64,000 nt of DNA from an uncultured Pelagibacteraceae bacterium (GCA_902524285.1 CABZCR010000001.1:81774-145773); one strand, 5' to 3'; positions 18,615 through 27,859 are shown, numbered from the stretch's first letter. Numbers and translations are program-made. Notes: generated by a model from the sequence alone, not told the origin.

Positions 18615-18693
18615 ATCCGTCTAAAGATTACGTTTTTGTTCCTTTTTCTGGAGTAATACGAAGTCTAAACTAACTTAAAAAGGAATAACAAAT

Positions 18694-18900
18694 ATGGCTA
18701 CTGGTACTGTTAAATGGTTTAATCCAAAAAAAGGTTATGGCTTTATTGCCCCTGAAGAAGGCGATAAAGATATCTTTGTTCACATCACAGCTGTTCAAGC
18801 TGCGGGTATGAAAAAATTGGATGAAGGTCAGAAACTATCATATGAAGCTGAGGAAAAAGATGGAAAAGTCTCAGCAGTTAATTTACAAGCAGCAGAATAA
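18694..18900 (+). CDS. cspA: cold-shock protein (CspA family)
   Basis: 68 aa with RNP motifs KGYGFI and DIFVH. Confidence 0.95.
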   Translation: MATGTVKWFNPKKGYGFIAPEEGDKDIFVHITAVQAAGMKKLDEGQKLSYEAEEKDGKVSAVNLQAAE

Positions 18901-19278
18901 TTAAGCAGCTTTATTTATCATATCTAGCCACATCGTGAATTCATCAATGAGTTCACCTGATGGCTGGATGATTTTTACTCTTTTATCTTTAGAACTTACT
19001 TGAGTGACAAGTGAGCCTTTACTAATTTCATCGTTTATAAAATTTATAATAGTTGCTCTAGATGCAAGGTCTGACATATTCTTCGTCAGATATTCTTTCG
19101 TGCACTCAATTTTGTTGATGTTAGAGTCGAAATAAAGTCTCATAATTTCGTAACATATTCTAATACCATAAACCGATCGACGAAAATGGCTAAGACGGCT
19201 AAAAACTTTCCTATCACCCGCACTTTCAAAAACTTTAATCTGTTTGATAACTTGCTCAAAAATTTTTTCAGTTTTCAT
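18901..19278 (-). CDS. hypothetical protein with MarR-like winged-helix region
   Basis: I trimmed the start to the ATG at 19278 (MKTEKIF...). The C-terminal half, LASRATIINFINDEISKGSLVTQVSSKDKRVKIIQPSGEL, fits the helix-turn-helix plus wing pattern of MarR-type regulators. The similarity is weak and judged by eye. Confidence 0.45.
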   Translation of the reverse strand: MKTEKIFEQVIKQIKVFESAGDRKVFSRLSHFRRSVYGIRICYEIMRLYFDSNINKIECTKEYLTKNMSDLASRATIINFINDEISKGSLVTQVSSKDKRVKIIQPSGELIDEFTMWLDMINKAA

Positions 19279-19358
19279 AATAAATCTCTTTATAGGTTTG
19301 AATTGTATTATTAAATAATATGGATAATTATTAATAATAATTATTTGCCAGTTTGGCG

Positions 19359-19371
19359 GCATATAATATGC
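19359..19371. promoter_or_regulatory. perfect inverted repeat GCATAT-A-ATATGC containing TATAAT
   Basis: 6-1-6 palindrome in the divergent spacer between the wHTH-like gene and the 75-aa ORF. Confidence 0.35.
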
Positions 19372-19423
19372 TATAGATTAATAACCTACTGTTTTTATTG
19401 ATTTAAATAATTAGCATTTACTA

Positions 19424-19651
19424 ATGAATGAAGAAAATAAAAAGAAAGTGTGGAAACTAATACAAAAAACTGGTGACGAGTTAAAAGGAAAACTACCCGA
19501 ACACCCATCACATCCAAAAGGTCGTAATCCATACGCCCACATAGCATTAGAGATTAAGAACCATTTTGGAATGTCTTATAATGAAATTTCAGATGAACGA
19601 ATACCTGAACTTGAAAAATTTATATTTTATATTCGTGATAACCCAAAATAA
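19424..19651 (+). CDS. hypothetical protein (75 aa)
   Basis: ORF with a plausible ATG and no family that I recognise (PEHPSHPKGRNPYAHIALEIKNHFG). Confidence 0.4.
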   Translation: MNEENKKKVWKLIQKTGDELKGKLPEHPSHPKGRNPYAHIALEIKNHFGMSYNEISDERIPELEKFIFYIRDNPK

Positions 19652-19658
19652 AGAATTT

Positions 19659-20483
19659 TTAGGGTTTCCACTCTGGTCTTCCAAAAAAAGAAAGAAACTT
19701 TTCTTTAGCGGTTGTTGACACTTTGAAATCAGATATCATTTGTCCCCAAAACATAAATGTTATTTTGATAGGATTGTATGTTTTGACATTTTCCCTAATT
19801 CCAAATTTTACAGGCTCAATTTCCTCTGCAAAAGTTCCAAATAATCTGTCCCAAATGATTAGTAAGTTGCCATAATTTCTATCTATGTAACACTCGTTGC
19901 TCCCATGATGAACCCTGTGTGAAGACGGAGTAACAAGAATATACTCTAAGATACCTAATCTTCTAATCCATTGTGTATGCCCAATAACACCCCAGAGCGT
20001 TGAGGCTACACCTGCTACAGCTGTGATAATTGGGTCAAACCCAACTAATGGCATGAATATAAAAAAGGGTACTTTAGTTATTGGTCCAAACCAGGCCTGT
20101 CTCAAAGAAACAGTGAAATTCATTTCTTCACTTGAATGATGATTCATATGAACAGCCCACATAAATCGTACTCTGTGAGAGAAGCGATGATACCAGTAAT
20201 AGACAAAATCAATCATCACAAATGTAGCAAGCCACACAGCCCATAATGGAAGGAGATCATTGACTGTGATTAATCTAAATTGATATAGATAAATGTATAT
20301 TAAAAAAATTGAGCTTTTAGTCAGAAGCCCAATCAAAAAATTTCCACTCAACAGACCTAGTCCTGCAAAGGTATCCCTTAATTTGTAAAAATTTAGTCCT
20401 TTCACAGAAGAATAAATTACTTCAGCTGTAATAAGCAGTAAAACAATCGGTACCCCGTAAGCATATACGTCTAATTCAGTCAT
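19659..20483 (-). CDS. fatty acid hydroxylase / sterol desaturase family membrane protein
   Basis: Three histidine boxes: HRFSHR, HMNHH, HRVHH. I trimmed the start to the ATG at 20483 (MTELDVY). Confidence 0.8.
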   Translation of the reverse strand: MTELDVYAYGVPIVLLLITAEVIYSSVKGLNFYKLRDTFAGLGLLSGNFLIGLLTKSSIFLIYIYLYQFRLITVNDLLPLWAVWLATFVMIDFVYYWYHRFSHRVRFMWAVHMNHHSSEEMNFTVSLRQAWFGPITKVPFFIFMPLVGFDPIITAVAGVASTLWGVIGHTQWIRRLGILEYILVTPSSHRVHHGSNECYIDRNYGNLLIIWDRLFGTFAEEIEPVKFGIRENVKTYNPIKITFMFWGQMISDFKVSTTAKEKFLSFFGRPEWKP

Positions 20484-20527
20484 AATCTCTATTGAAATAT
20501 ATATCATTAGAATTATTTAGGAAAAGT

Positions 20528-21112
20528 ATGAAAAATATATTCTTTACAATTTTATTAAGCTTCTGTCTGACTGTCACTGTATTAGCTAAAAATGACGGTG
20601 GAGGCGGTAATAGTGGGGGCAATTCAGGAGGTAATTCGGGTGGAAATTCTGGTGGTAATTCAGGTGGAAATTCCGGTAGTAATTCTGGAGGTAGCTCAAA
20701 CGGCAGCGGAGGGGGAGGCCATTATTCAAGTAGCACTGGATATGATAAAGAGCTTAGACGTATCTTGTTTGAAATTGAAAAAAATGAAAACTATGATGGT
20801 GCTTTAAAAGACCTTGAGATTTATGTATACGAAAACCCTCAAAATGCTAATGGATGGAATCTGATTGGTTTCGCAAGTAGAAAGCTTGGGAAATTTGATG
20901 ATGCTGAGCTTTATTATAATACAGGTCTAGAGATCGAACCACAGCACGATGATATACTAGCTTATCAAGGTGAGCTTTATCTTCAGACCAATAGATATGA
21001 AAAAGCACTTGAAAATTTAGCTATACTTACTGAATTGTGCACGTTTAATTGCTCAGAAAAAAAAGAATTGGCCGAGGCTATTAAAAATTACGAAACTGAG
21101 AATAATTTATAA
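20528..21112 (+). CDS. secreted TPR-repeat protein with N-terminal Gly/Asn/Ser-rich linker
   Basis: I trimmed the start to the ATG at 20528, which follows AGGAAA. It has signal peptide MKNIFFTILLSFCLTVTVLA, GGNS repeats, then TPR-like helices (GWNLIGFASRKLGKFDDAELYYNTGLEIEP). Confidence 0.75.
   Translation: MKNIFFTILLSFCLTVTVLAKNDGGGGNSGGNSGGNSGGNSGGNSGGNSGSNSGGSSNGSGGGGHYSSSTGYDKELRRILFEIEKNENYDGALKDLEIYVYENPQNANGWNLIGFASRKLGKFDDAELYYNTGLEIEPQHDDILAYQGELYLQTNRYEKALENLAILTELCTFNCSEKKELAEAIKNYETENNL
20597..20719 (+). repeat. in-frame 12-nt repeat tract encoding (GGNS)x6 plus degenerate units
   Basis: Six perfect GGNS peptide units at 20603-20674, then GSNS, GGSS, NGSGGGG. The DNA units differ at synonymous positions. 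Confidence 0.9.
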
Positions 21113-21164
21113 CTTGTTGATTTATTTGCCTGGTCAACTAATCTTTTATAAATAAAGTTTTGTT

Positions 21165-21383
21165 ATGATAAAAGTCTTAGTTTTTTTTGTGCTTGGAGCA
21201 GCAACCCTATACTTTATTATAAGAGCTCTTGTTAATACAGAGCCAGGTAAATTATCTCGAGTTATAAAAATAATTATATTTGCAGTTATAATAATTGCAG
21301 TTGTTTTTATGTTAACAAGAGGTAACCTTGGGTTTCTTGCGCCTATTATAGGTCTTGCAAGAAGACTGTTAGTGGGTTTTTAG
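21165..21383 (+). CDS. small two-TM membrane protein (72 aa)
   Basis: Two hydrophobic helices separated by TEPGKLSRVIK. It resembles the membrane anchor of some alphaproteobacterial DnaJ-like proteins but has no J domain. Confidence 0.5.
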   Translation: MIKVLVFFVLGAATLYFIIRALVNTEPGKLSRVIKIIIFAVIIIAVVFMLTRGNLGFLAPIIGLARRLLVGF

Positions 21384-21388
21384 ATATA

Positions 21389-23047
21389 ATGTTTAACATT
21401 AAAAAAAGTTTAATAATTACAATTTTCTTTTTGTCATCTTTTATTTTCTTTACTTCATGCGATAATGATCCTAATCAGTCTGCTGCATTTACCGGAGTAC
21501 GAGTAATTGATAATTCTTATTCTCCTCCTGTTGTTAGAATAAATGAGGGAGGTAAGGTTAGATTTAATAATTGGGGTAATAATCCGCATAATGTTATTGC
21601 TGTGGATGAAACTTGGGGCTCATTCGAAGAAATACCTAAAGGTGACTACCTAGATATTACTTATGAATCTGAGGGTTTATACAAATATTTATGTTCATTT
21701 CACGCATCGCCTGACGGTGAGTGGGGAATGGTAGGTTCTGTTGTTGTCGGCGATATTAATTATGAAGATTATACAAACTTTTCAAAAATGGACGTAGTAC
21801 CATCTTTCTCTGGGTCAGTGAGAAATGTACCTGACGATTATGAAACAATTCAAGATGCAGTTAATGCGTCAAATCCTGGGGACTTAATTCTTATTAAACC
21901 TGGGGTTTACTATGAAGAAGTTGTTGTGAATGTTCCATCAATAACAATTCGTGGCTGGGATAGAAATAATACAATAATTGATGGTGAGTTTGAAAGAGGT
22001 AACGGAGTTCTTGTTGCAGGTGTCGATGGCGTTGTGATTGAAAACATCACTGCACGTAACGCATTGCTCAATGGTTTTTACTGGGCAACAGTTAAGGGTT
22101 ATAGGGGATCATATTTAACAGCCTATAACAATGGTGACTATGGTGTTTATGCATTTGACGCAGTTGATGGTGTGTTAGAACATTCGTATGCATCAGGTTC
22201 TCCTGACGCAGGCTTTTATATTGGGCAATGTTACCCTTGCGATGCAATTGTAAATAATGTTATTTCAGAAAATAATGGTCTTGGTTATTCTGGAACTAAT
22301 TCGGGAGGCTCTCTATACATTATTAGTTCAGTATTCAGAAATAATAAAGGGGGGCTAGCTCCAAATACATTAGACTCAGAATTGCTACCTCCTGAAAGAG
22401 AGACGTTTATTATTGGGAATTTAATTGAAAATAACAACAATAATGATGCTCCTGCTACAAAATCAACTTACTTATCCTTTGGCAACGGGGTTATTATTGC
22501 TGGTGGCAACAATAATATAATTAAAAATAATGTAATTGCTAATCATGATCTATACGGCGTTATTCTTACTGCGGCAGCTGATGTAAATTATTGGCCGGCC
22601 CATGGAAACAGAGTTGAAGATAATCTAATTTTATCATCTAACAGGGCAGATATGGCAATTAGTGGTGTATCCAATCTTGGTAATTGTTTTAAGGGAAACT
22701 ATTTTAATACTTCTATACCACCTGGTTTGCAGTCTTTAAATAATTGTGACTCAGGCTTCATTCCATTGAGTTCAGACCTCTCAGGAATGTGGTCGTCACT
22801 TGCAAGGATTATTCATGCAAGCGATGGTGGGTATCAACAAGGTGATTGGAGATCTTTTCCTAAACCTGAAAATCAACCAAATATGCCAATTATGGAAAAG
22901 TTGTTAAATCAAGGATATGATAAGAAAAATTTACCTACCTATATGATCAGAAAGTCTGTAAAGCCAGCAGTCGAGGTTTTTCAACAGTTCGAAGATGTTT
23001 TAGCTGAGATTGAATTACCTGAAGAAGCAAGAAACTATTTGAACTAA
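21389..23047 (+). CDS. lipoprotein with N-terminal cupredoxin-like domain fused to right-handed parallel beta-helix (NosD/CASH-like) repeats
   Basis: Lipobox-like FFTSC. Candidate type-1 Cu ligands are NNPHNV ... YLCSFHASPDGEWGMVGSVVVG. Repeated beta-helix turns follow (IENITARNA, VISENNGLGYSG, NLIENNNN, NNIIKNNVIANH, VEDNLILSS). Confidence 0.65.
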   Translation: MFNIKKSLIITIFFLSSFIFFTSCDNDPNQSAAFTGVRVIDNSYSPPVVRINEGGKVRFNNWGNNPHNVIAVDETWGSFEEIPKGDYLDITYESEGLYKYLCSFHASPDGEWGMVGSVVVGDINYEDYTNFSKMDVVPSFSGSVRNVPDDYETIQDAVNASNPGDLILIKPGVYYEEVVVNVPSITIRGWDRNNTIIDGEFERGNGVLVAGVDGVVIENITARNALLNGFYWATVKGYRGSYLTAYNNGDYGVYAFDAVDGVLEHSYASGSPDAGFYIGQCYPCDAIVNNVISENNGLGYSGTNSGGSLYIISSVFRNNKGGLAPNTLDSELLPPERETFIIGNLIENNNNNDAPATKSTYLSFGNGVIIAGGNNNIIKNNVIANHDLYGVILTAAADVNYWPAHGNRVEDNLILSSNRADMAISGVSNLGNCFKGNYFNTSIPPGLQSLNNCDSGFIPLSSDLSGMWSSLARIIHASDGGYQQGDWRSFPKPENQPNMPIMEKLLNQGYDKKNLPTYMIRKSVKPAVEVFQQFEDVLAEIELPEEARNYLN

Positions 23048-23084
23048 TAGTTTAATTGTTTAACCTATTTATAGGAGATTTTAG

Positions 23085-23405
23085 ATGCCAGGTGTTACTT
23101 TTTTTCCATTAAATGATGTACCGTTTTTATCATTATTTTTTAACTTTTATGGCTACTATCTTCCCATATTTTTATATGCGACTTGGACGTCTACTGCATT
23201 ATTTGATTTATTTCTTTCAAAATACAGAGGCACGACTGGAAAAGTAATTTGGACATTTATCGTCATGTTCATTCCTCTAATCGGCTCATTAATCTATCAC
23301 CTATTTGCAGCTAGGGAGTTAGATGTAACGATTAGGGCGACCATGATCTTTGGTGGTATTGGTATTTTAATAATTGTTTTTCTCTATCTCGGTCTAGCCC
23401 TTTAA
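23085..23405 (+). CDS. PLD-nuclease-N-terminal-domain (PLDc_N) small membrane protein
   Basis: 106 aa. GKVIWTFIVMFIPLIGSLIYHLF matches the PLDc_N pattern. Confidence 0.6.
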   Translation: MPGVTFFPLNDVPFLSLFFNFYGYYLPIFLYATWTSTALFDLFLSKYRGTTGKVIWTFIVMFIPLIGSLIYHLFAARELDVTIRATMIFGGIGILIIVFLYLGLAL

Positions 23406-23414
23406 TCAATAGAA

Positions 23415-24245
23415 GTGATATTTGACACAAGAATTACTCCAATAAGAAGAGATTTAGCATCAACTGCATACAAGGCTATTGTAAAAAGAAAAAAATATGT
23501 AACTGCAAAGCTGGCTACAGTCAAAAGTGCATTTACTCCACTTTATTCAAATAAAGGTTCAAAATTAAGCACCCAACTATTGTATGGTGAAGAATGCGAT
23601 GTCTTTGAAACAAAAAATGGATGGTCTTGGATTCAGTCTCGAAGAGATAATTATGTTGGATATACTCCTACAATTCATCTAACGAGAAAAATCTATAAAC
23701 CTAATTCAAAAGTTATCTCCTTAAGAACAGTTATTTATACAAAACCAGATATTAAAAGTGTTACAAAAGGTTACTTAAGTTTTAACTCATTAGTTGAGGT
23801 AATTAAAATTAAGGGAAAATATTCTTTAATTAAAAATTTGGGCTGGTGCCCAAGTCTAGATCTAGCAAAGATTAAAAGTAGTAAATTCAATCATATAGAT
23901 TTGTCTAAGCAGTACCTAGATACTCCTTATCTGTGGGGCGGAAGAGACTCAATGGGCATAGACTGTTCAGGGCTAGTCCAAAATCTTCATCAGATTAATA
24001 ATAGGTCTTTTCCAAGGGATACAGATATGCAAGAGATATTCGTAACAAATGAAGTCAAGTATGAAAAAGATCTCAAAGCGGGGGATCTAGTATTTTGGAA
24101 AGGGCACGTTGCGATGATGATTGATAATTCAAATATCATTCATGCAAATGCATTTCATATGAAAACAGCGATTGAGCCACTAAGTACAGCGAAGAAAAGA
24201 ATATTAAAATCAAATGGTAAAATAAAAAAGCTTGGAAGATTTTAA
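23415..24245 (+). CDS. NlpC/P60 (C40) family peptidase with SH3-like N-terminal region, no signal peptide
   Basis: GTG start. Catalytic region YLWGGRDSMGIDCSGLVQNL ... GHVAMMID ... IHANA. Confidence 0.8.
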   Translation: MIFDTRITPIRRDLASTAYKAIVKRKKYVTAKLATVKSAFTPLYSNKGSKLSTQLLYGEECDVFETKNGWSWIQSRRDNYVGYTPTIHLTRKIYKPNSKVISLRTVIYTKPDIKSVTKGYLSFNSLVEVIKIKGKYSLIKNLGWCPSLDLAKIKSSKFNHIDLSKQYLDTPYLWGGRDSMGIDCSGLVQNLHQINNRSFPRDTDMQEIFVTNEVKYEKDLKAGDLVFWKGHVAMMIDNSNIIHANAFHMKTAIEPLSTAKKRILKSNGKIKKLGRF

Positions 24246-24246
24246 A

Positions 24247-25578
24247 TTAATTGAATGAAAGTTTATTTCTAATAAACCAAAGCAAAATCAATGAAGGAAT
24301 TACCATGACAGCGGTAATTATAAAGAAAACTCCCCAATCACCCTGCAACCAGTCGACTAATGATCCTGATGATGATGCCATTAGTGTTCTTCCAGCTGTT
24401 CCAAGCGATGCCAAAAGGGCATATTGAGTTGCGGTATATGTTCGGTCAACAAGTAGCGAAATAAAGGTCACAAAGGCCACAGTTGCAAAAGCTGCAGCTA
24501 AATCGTCAAGTAATACAGCGGCAGCAAAAAGTAAAACCGATTTCTCAGACCATGCCATTACACTAAACATAATGTTTGTAATCGCCATTGCAATTCCTGA
24601 AATGAATAGCGCCCTAACCACACCTGATTTTATCGAAAACCAACCGCCTAATAATGTAAATACAATTGTTGTTATCCATCCAAGTCCCTTTGAGTAAATT
24701 GCAATATTGGATTTTGAAAATCCCATTTCATCGTAAAATATAATGGACATACGTCCCAAAAATGCCTCACCAATTTTAAATAAAAATATGAACCCAATTA
24801 TCAATAGACTGATGGTTAAACCATTTTTTTTGAAGAAACTGATTAGAGGGCTTATGATAGTGCTTACAAACCAGGCTGAAAATTTATTTAAATTTAAACG
24901 ATCTTGATCACTCTTTTGAGCAACATGTCTTTTATTCGATAAATCTTCTGGAATAAATAAAAGTCCGATATTAAAAAGAAAAATGATTATGCAAATGAAC
25001 AGAAAAGTTAATTGCCAATAATTAGCTAGGCCTTGCTGCTCAAAATAATCAGCAACAAAAAGTGTGAGCATTCCACCTATTTTATAGCCTGTCCACCAAC
25101 CAACCACAGCTATTGATGCGCCAGCTGCCATAGATGCTTTTTCATTCTCACCTATTTGCTCAATTCGTAAAGCGTCAATTGTTATATCTTGAGATGCCGA
25201 GGAAATAGCTATCAATAATCCAAGTAAAATAATTAATTCTAAATTTGTAATTGGATTGAGTGTCGTCCAAATAAATAGACATACCAGTATTATTGCTTGT
25301 AAAGAAATGATCCACGATTTTCTGTGGCCAATTTTTTGAGTTAAGATAGGAATTTTTACACGGTCAATGATTGGAGCCCAAATAAAGTTAATTGCATATA
25401 CACTAAAAATTAGACCTGCCCATCCAATTGTACTTCTCGATAATTCATAATCTTTTAGCCAAAGCGAAAGAGCGCTACCAATTATCACCCAAGGAAAGCC
25501 ACTAATTGCTCCGAGCAGCAAGATGCGCAACATTCTATTATCAAAATAAATTGATAATCCTACATTTTCTCTAGTCAT
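24247..25578 (-). CDS. ampG: AmpG family muropeptide MFS permease
   Basis: 443 aa with RMLRILLLGAISGFPWVIIGSALSLWLKD and an overall AmpG-type topology. Confidence 0.8.
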   Translation of the reverse strand: MTRENVGLSIYFDNRMLRILLLGAISGFPWVIIGSALSLWLKDYELSRSTIGWAGLIFSVYAINFIWAPIIDRVKIPILTQKIGHRKSWIISLQAIILVCLFIWTTLNPITNLELIILLGLLIAISSASQDITIDALRIEQIGENEKASMAAGASIAVVGWWTGYKIGGMLTLFVADYFEQQGLANYWQLTFLFICIIIFLFNIGLLFIPEDLSNKRHVAQKSDQDRLNLNKFSAWFVSTIISPLISFFKKNGLTISLLIIGFIFLFKIGEAFLGRMSIIFYDEMGFSKSNIAIYSKGLGWITTIVFTLLGGWFSIKSGVVRALFISGIAMAITNIMFSVMAWSEKSVLLFAAAVLLDDLAAAFATVAFVTFISLLVDRTYTATQYALLASLGTAGRTLMASSSGSLVDWLQGDWGVFFIITAVMVIPSLILLWFIRNKLSFN

Positions 25579-25641
25579 TAAATATTAGAATAGGTAATAG
25601 TGCTAACTAACGTCAATCAATATATTGAAGATTATTTGAAC

Positions 25642-26196
25642 TTATTCAATGGGTGCAGGATTATCGCTGAAACTTCTTAAATAAAGTATGACGTTCGCTC
25701 TATCTTTTTCTTTTTTTAGACCCACAAAAGACATTTTTGTACCTTCAATATATTTTTTTGGATTTAAAAGGTAACCGTTAAGCTGCTCGTATGTCCAGTT
25801 GCCACCATATGCCGCCATTGCGTTTGAGTATTTATAATCCTCTTTTGAACCAATATCTTTATTTACAATATCCCAGAGCGCTGGCCCAATTTTATTTGCT
25901 CCGCCTTTTTCCACAACATGACACTGTGAACATTTCTTAAAGACCTTTGCACCTTTTTCTATATCCGCTGATGCAAGCAGAGTCTGAATTGGTATTTCAG
26001 GTTCCGCTGTAGCAGCGTCATCTGCCATTGCTGCTGATGCAGACACTACCATATCTTCAGCACCTTCAACTTGATAGGCTGCTACCTCGGGTTTTTCAAC
26101 ATGATATAAAATCTCACTGAAATTTGCTAAACCGATAAATACAAGGGCCACAACTAATACACAGGCTACGATTTTATTGATTTCAAATGAATCCAT
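25642..26196 (-). CDS. membrane-anchored cytochrome c (CycM-like)
   Basis: I trimmed the start to the ATG at 26196. N-terminal TM anchor, then class I heme motif CSQCH with GPALWDIV and MSFVGLKK. Confidence 0.8.
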   Translation of the reverse strand: MDSFEINKIVACVLVVALVFIGLANFSEILYHVEKPEVAAYQVEGAEDMVVSASAAMADDAATAEPEIPIQTLLASADIEKGAKVFKKCSQCHVVEKGGANKIGPALWDIVNKDIGSKEDYKYSNAMAAYGGNWTYEQLNGYLLNPKKYIEGTKMSFVGLKKEKDRANVILYLRSFSDNPAPIE

Positions 26197-26254
26197 GATG
26201 TCTCTTGACGTAATTAGATAATTATTTAAACAATAACCGAATTTAATCAAGTTT

Positions 26255-26277
26255 TTATGCGTCTTCTAGTCGCATAA
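26255..26277. promoter_or_regulatory. inverted repeat TTATGCG-N9-CGCATAA just upstream of kdsB
   Basis: Perfect 7-bp arms at 26255-26261 and 26271-26277, located 8 nt before the kdsB ATG in a divergent spacer. Confidence 0.3.
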
Positions 26278-26284
26278 TTTATTT

Positions 26285-27028
26285 ATGATAAGCCAAGAAA
26301 ACACAGCGATAATCATCCCGGTCAGATTACAAGCGAGCAGGCTACCAAATAAGCCTTTGCTCGACATTGCTGGCAAACCAATGATCCAACATGTTTGGGA
26401 GTCAGCCATTGCTTCTGATTTAGGTCGAGTAGTGGTTGCTACAGACAGTGATGAAATCGCCAAGTGTATTGAAAGTCTTGGAGGTGATGTATGCATGACT
26501 TCTGAAAATCATCAGACAGGCACTGATCGCATGCATGAAGCGCTTCAAGTAATTGATCCATGTAAAATGATTCATTACATCATTAATTTACAAGGCGACT
26601 TACCTACAATTAACTCGATGGCTTTAGAGAAAGTTTTAAATTTATTATCATCAGAAGATAATGAAATAGGCACATTGGTCACCCAGTTTGAAAGAGAGGA
26701 GGATCAAAAGAAAGAGCAATTTGTAAAAGCAGTCTGTAATTTATCTGGTAGTGAAACTGAATCTTATGCAGAGAATTTTGTAAGAAAACAAGGAGATTAT
26801 GATTCTAAGAACCTTTTTCATCACATAGGTATTTACTCTTTTAAGAGAGATGCTCTAGAAAAATTTGTCACTCTGTCTCAAACTGATCGAGAAAAAAATG
26901 AAAAATTAGAGCAATTAAGAGCACTTGATAATAATATGAAAATAAAAATTGGTTTAATTGACTTTTTACCTCTCGGAGTTGATACTCCGGATGACTTAGA
27001 AGAAATTAGAAAGATATTTAGCAAATGA
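26285..27028 (+). CDS. kdsB: 3-deoxy-manno-octulosonate cytidylyltransferase
   Basis: 247 aa with IIPVRLQASRLPNKPL, GTDRMHEA and GVDTPDDL. Confidence 0.9.
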   Translation: MISQENTAIIIPVRLQASRLPNKPLLDIAGKPMIQHVWESAIASDLGRVVVATDSDEIAKCIESLGGDVCMTSENHQTGTDRMHEALQVIDPCKMIHYIINLQGDLPTINSMALEKVLNLLSSEDNEIGTLVTQFEREEDQKKEQFVKAVCNLSGSETESYAENFVRKQGDYDSKNLFHHIGIYSFKRDALEKFVTLSQTDREKNEKLEQLRALDNNMKIKIGLIDFLPLGVDTPDDLEEIRKIFSK

Positions 27029-27858
27029 AAAAAATAGCTTTCCAGGGTGAACTCGGAGCTTATTCACATCTTGCGTGCATTGAAGCTGCGCCTGATCACA
27101 ATCCTGTTGCGTGCAGAACATTTGAGTCTGCCATGGAGAAAGTTAATGCATCAGAGTGTCATTTAGCCATGATACCAATTGAAAACTCGGTCGCGGGCAG
27201 GGTAGCGGATATTCACTACTTACTTGGTGGATATGATTTACAAATATATTCAGAACACTTTCAAGAGATCAATCATCAGTTAATGGTAAAACCCGGCGCT
27301 TCCTTAGATAAAATTAAAAATGTACGTAGTCATTCTATGGCTATTGGACAATGCAATGCTGCGATAAAAAAATATAATTTAGATGTCATCATAATGGCGG
27401 ACACCGCAGGTTCTGCGAAATTTATTAGTGAGCAAGGGACAATGGAAGATTCAGCCATTGCCTCAACACTTGCAGCTGATACTTATGGATTAGATATAGT
27501 AGATACAAATATTCAAGATATGAAAAATAATACAACTCGATTTTTAATAATGTCAAAAGATCTTCAACAAGAAAGAAAAGAAAACTTGTCATACCTGACA
27601 AGTTGCATATTTGAAGTAAAGAGTGTTCCTTCAGCTCTTTATAAGGCACTCGGAGGTTTTGCTACTAATGGGGTCAACCTAACTAAATTAGAGAGTTTTA
27701 TTGTTGATGGTGATTTTAATAAGGCTCAATTCTATATTGATCTAGATGGCCATGCTGAGGATCAATCGGTAAAAGGAGCTTTAGAAGAACTATCCTTTTA
27801 TACTGAAAAACTTAAAGTCTTAGGCGTTTATCCTAAACATTCATATAGAAACAATTAG
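27025..27858 (+). CDS. pheA: prephenate dehydratase
   Basis: 277 aa with a PDT domain (IAFQGELGAYSH, NNTTRFLIMS) plus a C-terminal ACT domain. ATGA overlap with kdsB. Confidence 0.9.
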   Translation: MKKIAFQGELGAYSHLACIEAAPDHNPVACRTFESAMEKVNASECHLAMIPIENSVAGRVADIHYLLGGYDLQIYSEHFQEINHQLMVKPGASLDKIKNVRSHSMAIGQCNAAIKKYNLDVIIMADTAGSAKFISEQGTMEDSAIASTLAADTYGLDIVDTNIQDMKNNTTRFLIMSKDLQQERKENLSYLTSCIFEVKSVPSALYKALGGFATNGVNLTKLESFIVDGDFNKAQFYIDLDGHAEDQSVKGALEELSFYTEKLKVLGVYPKHSYRNN

Positions 27859-27859
27859 T

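Noticed and set aside
20597-20719. The 12-nt tandem repeat as a CRISPR-like or contingency (phase-variation) repeat
   Set aside because: It is in-frame coding sequence with no spacers, and the units are deliberately non-identical at the DNA level. It is a protein linker, not a CRISPR array or a slippage tract.
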